Shown: piece after piece, positions 38,795-47,616 of the stretch
Numbering within the stretch: the first letter of the stretch is position 1
Layout of the letters: each line of letters begins with the position of its first letter
DNA from: Fibrobacteria bacterium
GTDB taxonomy: Bacteria > Fibrobacterota > Fibrobacteria > UBA11236
Direction of reading: 5' to 3'
Assembly: GCA_043745805.1 (NCBI GenBank)
Contig: JAYTSD010000035.1
Span: 1 to 52,661 of the forward strand
Length of the DNA: 52,661 nucleotides
The notes under the pieces: generated by a model
Database searches by the model: none
What the model was told of the DNA's origin: nothing
The model's input: the letters and a program-made list of their open reading frames with translations, nothing else
Position numbers and translations under genes: made by a program

Positions 38795-40309
38795 ATGTCT
38801 ACTGCCAAATCTCGTAGTTCATCGGGTTTTTTCAACAAACGTATGCCTGATAACTGCCTCATTGTCATTTTCGGTGGTTCGGGTGATTTAGCACGTCGCA
38901 AATTATTCCCTGCTTTGGGCAATTTAATGTTCAAAAAAATGTTACCGGAAAAATTCAAAATTATTGCGGTTGGCCGCAAAGCAATGGCTACCGAAGAATT
39001 ACTCAATATCGGCAAATACCCAGCAGATTTTGCTTCCCACTTTCAATATTTGCAAACTGATTATGATGCCGCAGGCATGCAAAAACTCAAAAGCACCTGC
39101 GTAGAAATTTGTGAGAAGGAAGGAATTCCTCCTAATTATATGTTCTACTTGGCCACGCCTCCACAAGGATATGCTGAGGTGGCTTTTGCCCTCAAGGAAA
39201 GTGGATTAGTACATCCAGTAAGTTCTCCCTATTGGTCGCGCTTGGTGGTCGAAAAGCCTTATGGCCGCGATATCGAAACCGCTATTGCCTTGAACGAACA
39301 TTTGCTGACTTGTTTTGCGGAAAAACAAATTTATCGCATAGACCATTATTTAGGCAAAGAAGCGGTGCAAAATTTATTGGTGTTCCGCTTCGCCAATTCG
39401 GTATTCGAACCGATTTGGAATAATCATTATATTGAAAATGTGCAGATTAGCTCTTCAGAAATGATTGGCTGCGACGATAGAGCGGCGTATTTCGATCAAA
39501 GTGGTTTATTGCGCGACATGATTCAAAATCATTTGATGCAAATTTTTTGCTTAGTAACCATGGAACCTCCCGTGGCGCTTTCCGCCGACGCTATTCGCGA
39601 TGAAAAAGTAAAAGTTTTAAGTTGCTTAAGACCTTTGGATTTAGATGGCGATCCGCGTGTAGCTGTGCGCGGTCAATATGGGCCAGGTATTTCCAAAGGT
39701 GAAGCAGTGAAAGGTTATCGCGAAGAAAAAGGCGTGGACCCTCAAAGCAGCACGGAAACTTTTGTGGCCTTGCGTATGAATATTGATAATTTTCGCTGGG
39801 CAGGCGTTCCCTTTTATCTTCGATCTGGCAAGCGTTTAGGACGCAAAGGAACCGAGGTAGTCATTACTTTCAAAAAGCTGCCGCGCTTACTATTTAATGC
39901 GCATGGACCACAAGTGGCCAATAATCGCATCGTGTTTAAGATTCAACCGCAAGAAGGCATTATGTTGGAACTCACCAGCAAAAATCCTGGGCATAGTTTT
40001 GACCTAAGCGATACCTCCATGAATTTCTGCTACAATGATCATTTTGATACCAGCGCCGATGCTTATGAACGCTTATTGCTGGATACCGTCATCGGTGATC
40101 CTACTTTATTTGTGCGCTCCGACGAAAGTGAATTGTCTTGGAAATATTTGGATCCATTAATTAAATACTGGGCCGAAACGCCTAAGGGTAAAAAGTTTCC
40201 AAACTATGCATCCGGCACCGAAGGTCCTGCCGAAGCGTCGGAAATATTGCTTCAAACCGGTGAGCCTACGCAATGGATAGATTTTTCTAAGTACGATAAT
40301 ATCTGTTAG
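38795..40309 (+). CDS. zwf: Glucose-6-phosphate dehydrogenase
   Basis: IFGGSGDLA, EKPYG, RIDHYLGKE, RDMIQNH, WAGVPFYLRSGK; start taken at ATG 38795. Confidence 0.97.
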   Translation: MSTAKSRSSSGFFNKRMPDNCLIVIFGGSGDLARRKLFPALGNLMFKKMLPEKFKIIAVGRKAMATEELLNIGKYPADFASHFQYLQTDYDAAGMQKLKSTCVEICEKEGIPPNYMFYLATPPQGYAEVAFALKESGLVHPVSSPYWSRLVVEKPYGRDIETAIALNEHLLTCFAEKQIYRIDHYLGKEAVQNLLVFRFANSVFEPIWNNHYIENVQISSSEMIGCDDRAAYFDQSGLLRDMIQNHLMQIFCLVTMEPPVALSADAIRDEKVKVLSCLRPLDLDGDPRVAVRGQYGPGISKGEAVKGYREEKGVDPQSSTETFVALRMNIDNFRWAGVPFYLRSGKRLGRKGTEVVITFKKLPRLLFNAHGPQVANNRIVFKIQPQEGIMLELTSKNPGHSFDLSDTSMNFCYNDHFDTSADAYERLLLDTVIGDPTLFVRSDESELSWKYLDPLIKYWAETPKGKKFPNYASGTEGPAEASEILLQTGEPTQWIDFSKYDNIC

Positions 40310-40337
40310 TAAATAGGGTTGTAATTCGTTAAGAAAG

Positions 40338-40367
40338 AGCCTGGTCCTTTGGACTGGGCTTTTTTTT
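40338..40367 (+). terminator. Intrinsic terminator after zwf
   Basis: AGCCTGGTCC-ttt-GGACTGGGCT followed by a long T run. Confidence 0.8.
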
Positions 40368-40448
40368 AGAACTTTCCACAACTAAAAAATACGGAGCATT
40401 ATTATTTTAGTGTCCGCATATCCATCCATTGTAGGTTAACGAAATAAT

Positions 40449-40988
40449 ATGAGCGAAAAATTAGTTCTATCACAAAAACAAATTGAAAATCGGATTTACA
40501 CCATAAGAAATTTGCAAATAATGGTAGATCGCGATTTAGCTGAAATGTATTTAGTAGAAACAAAAGTATTGAATCAAGCTGTCAAAAGGAATATTGAGCG
40601 ATTTCCAATTTCTTTTCGGTTTTATCTAACTGATGATGAAAAAACAGAGCTGGTCACAAATTGTGACCGGTTTGAGGCTTTAAAATATTCTTCAAATAAT
40701 CCCTATGCCTTTACAGAGCAAGGTGTAGCTATGCTTTCGGCAGTTTTGCGTAGTGAAGTGGCCGTAAAAGTGAGCATACAGATCATCAATACCTTTGTAG
40801 AAATGCGGAAATCAATCGCCTTGCATAGCGGCATATTGCAGAGAATAGATGGCATTGAAAAAAGGCAATCGGCAAACGATCAGAAATTTGAAAAAATATT
40901 TCAAACACTATTCGGAAATCGCCAAACAGACTTTACGAACAGAAATAAAGCCATCAGATCTAGATATTGTAGACATAAATATTGCTGA
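40449..40988 (+). CDS. ORF6N (KilA-N-like) DNA-binding domain protein, probably 3'-truncated
   Basis: IYTIRNLQIMVDRDLAEMY, LNQAVKRNIERFP, PYAFTEQGVAMLSAVLRS. Confidence 0.85.
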   Translation: MSEKLVLSQKQIENRIYTIRNLQIMVDRDLAEMYLVETKVLNQAVKRNIERFPISFRFYLTDDEKTELVTNCDRFEALKYSSNNPYAFTEQGVAMLSAVLRSEVAVKVSIQIINTFVEMRKSIALHSGILQRIDGIEKRQSANDQKFEKIFQTLFGNRQTDFTNRNKAIRSRYCRHKYC

Positions 40989-41039
40989 AGAGTAACCAAT
41001 CCAGTCTGATCGAAAAAGTATATGCGGATGGAGTAAAAA

Positions 41040-41756
41040 TTGACAACTGAAGAGATCGAAAAAATTTACATCGATCGGTTCCAGAAGGTATTTCCGGATT
41101 TTCCGAACGGTATTCTTGAATTTGGAGACAAGCCGGATCTAGTCGTCAAAGGTGAAAAAACAATTGGGATCGAAATAACGCAATTCTATAAGCAAGATGG
41201 CTCGAAAATTGAAAGCGAACAAAAACAAATTAAGTTTCGCAGACAGATAATTGAAGAAACTAAGGCGAAGTACTTGGGCGCTGGAGGAAAAAAGATAGAC
41301 CTCCACATAAGTTTTGAGAAAAAAAATGCCATACGAAACGTGCAAAAGGTGGTAAATGGAGTACTTGAAATCATTCCAAAAATTGTGGGAACCAAGAATG
41401 GAATTATTGACTATAGTCTTCATAGCCATCTCGAAGAAATATTTAACATTTATTTGAACGATCTCGGCCATGATAATGCAGTGTGGATGGACCTAACAGT
41501 AAACGAAGTAAAAATCTCAAATATTGAAAGATTGAACGAAATTCTAGCCCGCAAATTAGTATCAGCCAAGAATTACAAATCATGCGACGAGTTTTGGTTA
41601 CTTATATGTGTGGACTACTGGAATCCAGCGCAAGATCAAGAGATCAGGATAGAATATGACAATGTTTTGCGCCAAAATGTCTTCAAAAAAGTGCTTCTTT
41701 ACAAAACGGTGTATGAACACTTCGTTGATTTAAGCGACCAATCATACCGAGAATAA
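41040..41756 (+). CDS. Hypothetical protein with PD-(D/E)xK-like nuclease motif
   Basis: DKPDLVV...IGIEIT and C-terminal K...Y...FWLLI; GGAG SD with TTG start. Confidence 0.55.
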   Translation: MTTEEIEKIYIDRFQKVFPDFPNGILEFGDKPDLVVKGEKTIGIEITQFYKQDGSKIESEQKQIKFRRQIIEETKAKYLGAGGKKIDLHISFEKKNAIRNVQKVVNGVLEIIPKIVGTKNGIIDYSLHSHLEEIFNIYLNDLGHDNAVWMDLTVNEVKISNIERLNEILARKLVSAKNYKSCDEFWLLICVDYWNPAQDQEIRIEYDNVLRQNVFKKVLLYKTVYEHFVDLSDQSYRE

Positions 41757-41916
41757 AAACGGATGAGTAACCCTGTTATACCGACGACAAAATAAATAAA
41801 GTCACAATGAAAAAAGCGAACGTAATTTTGGCATTACTATTTATCGCGTGTATTACATTATCCCCGAATCCATTAACCTAACCACAAAACCTCATTCCAA
41901 ATCCCCCTCAGAATAC

Positions 41917-41967
41917 TTAGGTATTGACCTAACTATTCCCCCATACTATATTTAGGCATATGCCTAA
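41917..41967 (+). promoter_or_regulatory. Leaderless sigma70 promoter with two operators (TTAGGY-N4-RCCTAA)
   Basis: TTGACC 41924-41929, N17, TATATT 41947-41952, 7 nt, ATG 41960; palindromes at 41917-41932 and 41952-41967. Confidence 0.75.
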
Positions 41968-42298
41968 CCAAACTATCGCCCTCGATAATGTATTCCATGC
42001 CTTAGCCGACCCAACGCGGCGAGCAGTGCTTAAGCGCCTGAGCACAGGGCCTGCGCCGGTTAGCGAATTAGCCGCGCCTTTTGCTATGGCCCTACCCTCT
42101 TTTATGCAGCATTTGGATGTGTTAGAAAAGTGCGTGCTGGTGCGTTCACAAAAAACCGGACGCGTGCGTATTTATCAACTTATTCCGCAACGTTTAAAAA
42201 CCGCCGAGCAATGGATGCTGGACCAGCGCCATCTTTGGGAACGCCGTCTCGATCAATTAGATAATTACCTCAAAACCTTTAAGGAGAAAAAATCATGA
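41960..42298 (+). CDS. ArsR/SmtB family transcriptional regulator
   Basis: [31 protein letters not shown]. Confidence 0.92.
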   Translation: MPNQTIALDNVFHALADPTRRAVLKRLSTGPAPVSELAAPFAMALPSFMQHLDVLEKCVLVRSQKTGRVRIYQLIPQRLKTAEQWMLDQRHLWERRLDQLDNYLKTFKEKKS

Positions 42299-42792
42299 GC
42301 ATTATTATTAAACCTAATCCCGAGCTTGATCTTGTTTTGGAACGTATCGTAGATGTTCCCCCTGAATGGGTTTGGGAAGCCTGGACCAAGCCGGAGCATA
42401 TTGTGCATTGGTTTACACCCGATCCTTGGAAAACCATTGATGCTGAAATTGATTTACGCGCCGGAGGTATTTTCCGCACTACTATGCAATCGCCCGAAGG
42501 GGAAAAATTCCCGAATACGGGATGTATTTTGGAAGTTATCGAAAACAAAAGATTAGTTTGGACCGATGCCTTAGAACCCGGTTTTAGACCTGCTGGCAAA
42601 GCCATTTTAGAAAGCTTTTCTATTACGGCGGTTATCTCTTTAGAAGCGCATGGAAAGGGCACCAAATATACGGCGATGTCCCTTCATAAAGATTTGGAAA
42701 GTCGTAAAAAGCATGAGGAGATGGGCTTTCATGATGGTTGGGGTACCGTGTTAACTCAACTTGTAGAGTACATGAAAAAAACCAAAAAATAA
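42295..42792 (+). CDS. SRPBCC (AHSA1-like) family protein
   Basis: [11 protein letters not shown]...[28 protein letters not shown] overlap with the ArsR gene. Confidence 0.92.
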   Translation: MSIIIKPNPELDLVLERIVDVPPEWVWEAWTKPEHIVHWFTPDPWKTIDAEIDLRAGGIFRTTMQSPEGEKFPNTGCILEVIENKRLVWTDALEPGFRPAGKAILESFSITAVISLEAHGKGTKYTAMSLHKDLESRKKHEEMGFHDGWGTVLTQLVEYMKKTKK

Positions 42793-42847
42793 ATTTCTGC
42801 TTGATGCACGAAGAGTAATATTATTTATATAAATAGTATTACTCTCA

Positions 42848-43177
42848 TTAAAACCTCTTGAATAGAATAGCCTTATAATTTGATTTTTGCGCTTCAATTT
42901 TCTGACCATTGACTTGAAAATGGTTCTTAGCTTCGATTCCATTTAATTTCCTATTCACTGAATGAATACCACCTGAAGCAAATAAACCGTTAACAGTTAA
43001 CGCCGCTTGTTCATTATTATTCGCGACAAAATGAATTTCCACTCGATAATTAAAAGGTGGATTGGAACTAAGGCAAAAAAGGCATGAGCCATAAAGTATG
43101 GATTTAATTGAAATAGAATCTAATGCCGGAATAATTATTTTCGGATTTGTGTTCCAGTTCAGTGCAGGAATAAACAA
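42848..43177 (-). pseudogene. Possible 3' remnant of a secreted-protein gene
   Basis: TTG-started ORF with no signal peptide; its tail HFQVNGQKI...K resembles short C-terminal sorting tails. Confidence 0.25.
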
Positions 43178-43202
43178 AATAAAGAAATCTTCCTCTTAAA
43201 AT

Positions 43203-43220
43203 TATGTCATTTTTGACATA
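43203..43220. promoter_or_regulatory. Inverted repeat, likely TA autoregulatory operator
   Basis: TATGTCA-tttt-TGACATA directly upstream of the toxin stub. Confidence 0.6.
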
Positions 43221-43227
43221 TTCTCGT

Positions 43228-43275
43228 ATGAGTCTTCATGCCAAACCATTAATTTGGCTTTATGGTAAGATAAAA
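43228..43275 (+). pseudogene. N-terminal stub of a RelE/ParE (Gp49-like) toxin
   Basis: ATG 43228 reads MSLHAKPLIWLYGKIK, matching the KPLxWLxGxIK start of this toxin family, then abuts the antitoxin ATG. Confidence 0.6.
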
Positions 43276-43276
43276 T

Positions 43277-43609
43277 ATGGGTACAAAAAAAAGAAAAAAA
43301 TTAGAAGCTGCTGGCTGGAAGATTGGAAGCTCCAAGGAGTTTTTAAAACTCGATAATACAGAAGTCGAATACATTGAATTGAAAATGTCCTTATCAAAAA
43401 GTTTGGCAAAATTGAGGCGTTCGAAACACTTGACACAAATTCAGTTCGCAGAAAAACTCAAATCTAGTCAATCCCGTGTGGCCAAAATGGAAACGGGCGA
43501 TCCATCTGTATCCATTGATTTACTGATTAAGTCGTTTTTTAAATTAGATGCTTCTAAAAAGGATTTAGCGAAAGTTATATCATCTGCTTCAAAACAAGAG
43601 GCGTATTAA
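43277..43609 (+). CDS. XRE/HigA-like HTH antitoxin (orphaned)
   Basis: KKLEAAGWKIGS..EFL, LTQIQFAEKLKSSQSRVAKMETGDPSVSIDLL. Confidence 0.85.
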   Translation: MGTKKRKKLEAAGWKIGSSKEFLKLDNTEVEYIELKMSLSKSLAKLRRSKHLTQIQFAEKLKSSQSRVAKMETGDPSVSIDLLIKSFFKLDASKKDLAKVISSASKQEAY

Positions 43610-43895
43610 GAGCATTCGGCAAAAACACTTCTCCTAAACATTCTCCCGATGAAGTTTTGTTAGAATAAAATTTGCAAAAAATATCGGGTCAAACCCGATT
43701 CCTATAACGCCCCAAAATCACTGATTCGCATACTTATTATTATATTACCAATGGTAAATATACCTATATGGAAATAACTGTCTCTGCGGTGTTAAAAAGT
43801 CAAATACCCAGAAAATTTGCCTTTGATTTTTTCTTGAGAGACTTGTCCATTATGTTATGGAAATATTGGATAATCAAACAACATAAAAGCAAAAC

Positions 43896-46658
43896 ATGAA
43901 TGCAGTAGAAATCGAAACCGCTATCACAGATCTAGCTGCTCAGCCTTTTGATCGCGAAGAGTTTCCTTATGCCTTTTTACAGGCTTTTGGTAACAAAGAA
44001 ACTACGCTAAAGCGGCTTCGTTCCGGCGAAACCAATAAGTCGGATCTGGGGGGTATACTTCAATCGAAGAATATCCATATCCTGGTGACTTCTCAAGAGA
44101 AAGTCCATGCGGGCCTCGATTCACTGCGTGCGAGCACAACCACTCTTCGAGCCAAAGCCAAGTTCATTTTGGCTACGGATGGCATTGACTTTGAAGCGGA
44201 AGATCTCGAAACGGGTGAAACGGTAGCTTGCACTTATTTTGACTTTCCTAATCATTTTGGTTTCTTCTTGCCTTTGGCTGGAATTACCACCGTCAAACAA
44301 ATTCGCGAAAGCTCTTTTGACATTCGTGCCACCAGCCGTTTGAACCGGCTTTATTTAGAACTGCTAAAGCATAATCCAGAATGGGAAAAAGCTGAGCTTC
44401 GTCATGAAATGAATCATTTTATGGCGCGCTTGATTTTTTGTTTCTTCGCTGAAGATACTGATATTTTTCAAGAAGATGATCTCTTCACGGCTACTGTTGA
44501 ACGCATGAGCAATTCCGACTCATCCAATACCCATGAAGTAATTAGCGAAATTTTTCGTGCTATGAATGTTAAGGTTGAAGAGCGAAACACATCCGGCTTA
44601 CCTCGTTGGGCAAATGTTTTCCCTTATGTAAATGGTGGCCTTTTTTCAGGTAGTGCCGAAGTACCTATCTTTAGCAAAATAGCCCGCACTTATCTTTTGC
44701 ATGTTGGCAAGCTCGACTGGACGCAAATCAATCCCGATATTTTCGGTTCTATGATTCAAGCGGTGGCCGATGATGAAGAGCGCGGAGCCTTGGGCATGCA
44801 TTATACTAGTGTTCCCAATATTCTGAAAGTATTAAACCCACTCTTTTTGGATGATTTGCGTGAGCAATTAAATGCAGCCGTTGATAATTCCCGCATATTA
44901 CTCAATCTCAGAAAACGAATTTCCAGAATCCGCGTTTTTGATCCGGCTTGCGGCTCAGGTAACTTTCTGGTTATCGCTTATAAACAAATGCGCGATATCG
45001 AAAATGAAATTAATAAACAACGCAAAGAATCGGGACGCAAAAGCGACATTCCTCTCACCAATTTTCGTGGTATTGAATTACGCGACTTCCCTGCCGAAAT
45101 TGCTCGCTTAGCTTTAATCATTGCGGAGTATCAATGCAATGTGCTTTACCTTGGACAACAAGAAGCTCTTGCTGATCTTCTGCCTTTGGACTCAGAGAGT
45201 TGGATTACCTGTGGAAACGCTTTGAGGCTTGATTGGTTAGGCATTTGCCCGCCAACGGGAAAAGAAGCCATAGAATATACTGGCGATTTGTTCGAACCGG
45301 CGCAGCAGCAAATAGATTTCGAAAATGAAGGTGGGGAGACTTATATCTGTGGGAACCCTCCTTACAAAGGTCGCAATAAGAAGGGGGTTGAGGAGAAGGA
45401 TGAGGCCGAAGAAGTGTTTGCGAAATATCCAGGCTCGTTTGCCTCTTTAGATTATGTCGCGAACTGGATTATCAAGTCCGCTGAGTATTGCAATTTAACG
45501 AAAGCTTCTATTGGGCTTGTTGCAACAAATTCTGTATGCCAAGGCGAACAAGTTTCGTTACTCTGGCCTCTCATTTTTAAAAAGGGGCTGATCATTTCCT
45601 TTGCTTACACATCATTTAAGTGGTCAAACCTTGCAAGTGACAAAGCCGGTGTAACCGTGGTGATTATCGGTCTGGCATCAGAATCTCATAAGGAACGATT
45701 CTTATATTCTGGTGATGAGGCAAAAAAAGTCACTATCATTGGCCCATACTTGGTTCCGAACTCTACTATTGCAATTGCGAAGAAAGAAGCTCCGATTTCA
45801 GAAATAGTCCCAATGTATCTCGGAAACATGGCAAAGGATGGTGGGAACCTTATAATGCATTACGAAGATGCCCGAGACTTGATTGAAAAGAAGGGCGTTC
45901 ATCACTCTTACATAAGAAAATTTTTTGGATCCGAGGAACTAATACATTCCAAACCACGTTTCTGTCTTTGGATAGAGGAAAGTCAAGTTGAGGACGCTCT
46001 AAAAAATGCCGCTATTGCAGACATTGCTTACAAAGTCAGGATGTTTCGAGTAAGCAGTAAAGCTCCTTCAACTAGGGCATTTTCGTCAGTCCCGTATAGA
46101 TTTCTACAACTTTCTGCTGTAAATGGAGAGCGAGCCATCATCGTACCGCGTGTATCATCTGAGAACAGACCATATCTGCCAGTTGACTACTTTGCTTCAG
46201 GTCCAATTATTGGAGATAAGTGTTACGCAATCTACGATGCTCCTCTTTGGCATTTTGCTCTAATAGCATCTCGACTTCATTGGGTATGGATTGGGACAGT
46301 CTGTTCTAGACTGCGAACGGATTTTTCGTATGGAAACAAACTCGGTTGGAACACTTTCCCCGTCCCCACTCTTACCGAGAAAAATAAAGCTGATCTCACC
46401 CATTGCGCAGAAGATATTCTCTTAGCCCGCGAAGCCCATTTCCCTGCTACCATTGCCGATCTCTATGATCCCAAAAATATGCCTGCTGATTTAAAAGCCG
46501 CTCATGATCGCAATGATGAAGTTTTAGAGCGCATTTATATTGGTCGTCGTTTTCGCAATGATACGGAGAGACTGGAAAAACTTTTCGAACTTTATACCAA
46601 GATGACATCATCAACCCAAGCTAAGCCTGCTGCAAAAGCGAAGGGGAAGAAAGTATGA
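43896..46658 (+). CDS. YeeA/MmeI-like N6-adenine DNA methyltransferase with target-recognition domain
   Basis: FPYVNGGLF, INPDIFGSMIQ, GMHYTS, motif I DPACGSGNF, motif IV GNPPY, WNTFPVP, ADLYDP; 920 aa. Confidence 0.9.
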   Translation: MNAVEIETAITDLAAQPFDREEFPYAFLQAFGNKETTLKRLRSGETNKSDLGGILQSKNIHILVTSQEKVHAGLDSLRASTTTLRAKAKFILATDGIDFEAEDLETGETVACTYFDFPNHFGFFLPLAGITTVKQIRESSFDIRATSRLNRLYLELLKHNPEWEKAELRHEMNHFMARLIFCFFAEDTDIFQEDDLFTATVERMSNSDSSNTHEVISEIFRAMNVKVEERNTSGLPRWANVFPYVNGGLFSGSAEVPIFSKIARTYLLHVGKLDWTQINPDIFGSMIQAVADDEERGALGMHYTSVPNILKVLNPLFLDDLREQLNAAVDNSRILLNLRKRISRIRVFDPACGSGNFLVIAYKQMRDIENEINKQRKESGRKSDIPLTNFRGIELRDFPAEIARLALIIAEYQCNVLYLGQQEALADLLPLDSESWITCGNALRLDWLGICPPTGKEAIEYTGDLFEPAQQQIDFENEGGETYICGNPPYKGRNKKGVEEKDEAEEVFAKYPGSFASLDYVANWIIKSAEYCNLTKASIGLVATNSVCQGEQVSLLWPLIFKKGLIISFAYTSFKWSNLASDKAGVTVVIIGLASESHKERFLYSGDEAKKVTIIGPYLVPNSTIAIAKKEAPISEIVPMYLGNMAKDGGNLIMHYEDARDLIEKKGVHHSYIRKFFGSEELIHSKPRFCLWIEESQVEDALKNAAIADIAYKVRMFRVSSKAPSTRAFSSVPYRFLQLSAVNGERAIIVPRVSSENRPYLPVDYFASGPIIGDKCYAIYDAPLWHFALIASRLHWVWIGTVCSRLRTDFSYGNKLGWNTFPVPTLTEKNKADLTHCAEDILLAREAHFPATIADLYDPKNMPADLKAAHDRNDEVLERIYIGRRFRNDTERLEKLFELYTKMTSSTQAKPAAKAKGKKV

Positions 46659-46786
46659 GCAAAGGTCCTGCACGCTTGAATTTGGCTCCTGAAGGATATG
46701 TCCAACAGCTTGTTGGACAATTGCCTTGGGGGCGCAAAATTAAACCTAAAATGACATCATCAAAGAATATGGACGGAATATATTAA
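46655..46786 (+). pseudogene. Internally deleted YhcG/DUF1016 (PDDEXK) gene remnant
   Basis: ATGA-coupled to the MTase; reads MSKGPARLNLAPEGY-VQQLVGQLPWG; VQQLVGQLPWG is a DUF1016 signature. Confidence 0.65.
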
Positions 46787-46839
46787 TCTCTACTTAAATC
46801 TTGATTAGCGCAGGAGGATTACAATTAAATATCAAAATT

Positions 46840-46869
46840 TGTCCAGTTTTTTAATGAATAAACTGGACA
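46840..46869. promoter_or_regulatory. Inverted repeat, likely AbiEi operator
   Basis: TGTCCAGTTT-N10-AAACTGGACA, ending 21 nt before the antitoxin ATG. Confidence 0.65.
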
Positions 46870-46890
46870 TTTATCTACCTTTTCTAATAC

Positions 46891-47616
46891 ATGAAAACCG
46901 CTGAATACATAAATAATTCCATCAACCGAATGCCCAAGGGCCATGTATTTACCTATTCCGACTTTATTAAAGAAGTAAGCCGCCGCGAAGCCATCATCAA
47001 AACGCTGAACCGAATGGCTGCATCCGGCAAAATTGTGAAGCTAGCAAAAGGGAAGTATTACAAACCCGAAGAAACCGTTTTCGGAAAACTGCGACCCAAT
47101 CAAAATCAAATTGTAAAAGACCTGTTGGAAAGCAATGGGAAAATTTCGGGTTATCTCACGGGTTACAGTATCTACAATCAATTAGGTTTAACCACACAAG
47201 TGAGCAACACCATACAAATCGGTAAAAATGAAATCCGCGCATCCTTTAAACGCGAACGCTATACCATTTCCTTCATCAAACAAAAAAATACCATCACCAA
47301 AGACAATATTCCCCTGCTGCAAATTTTAGATGCCATTCGCTATATCAAAAAAATTCCTGATGCCACTATTGCATTAGCTTGCAAAAGATTGCTGACAATT
47401 ATCGAAAAGCAATCGCGAAGAGATATTGTAGCATTAGTTAGGTTGGCGCAAAAGTATCCTCCTGCTGCAAGAGCATTGCTGGGAGCATTACTTGAAACAG
47501 CAGAAAAGAAATCCTTAGCCGAACCATTATTTAACTCGCTCAATCACATCACTCAGTACAAATTTTTGGGAATTGAAAAAGCATTACCATGTGCAACTAA
47601 ATGGTATATCAAATGA
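46891..47616 (+). CDS. AbiEi-like type IV TA antitoxin (DUF6088-like)
   Basis: wHTH VFTYSDF...LNRM...GKIVKLAKGKYYKP; GYLTG, NQLGLTTQV; coupled to an AbiEii gene. Confidence 0.82.
   Translation: MKTAEYINNSINRMPKGHVFTYSDFIKEVSRREAIIKTLNRMAASGKIVKLAKGKYYKPEETVFGKLRPNQNQIVKDLLESNGKISGYLTGYSIYNQLGLTTQVSNTIQIGKNEIRASFKRERYTISFIKQKNTITKDNIPLLQILDAIRYIKKIPDATIALACKRLLTIIEKQSRRDIVALVRLAQKYPPAARALLGALLETAEKKSLAEPLFNSLNHITQYKFLGIEKALPCATKWYIK

Noticed and set aside
40400-43900. Integron-like cassette array
   Set aside because: The genes are small and co-oriented, but I found no repeated attC structure (RYYYAAC...GTTRRRY with paired arms) and no integrase.
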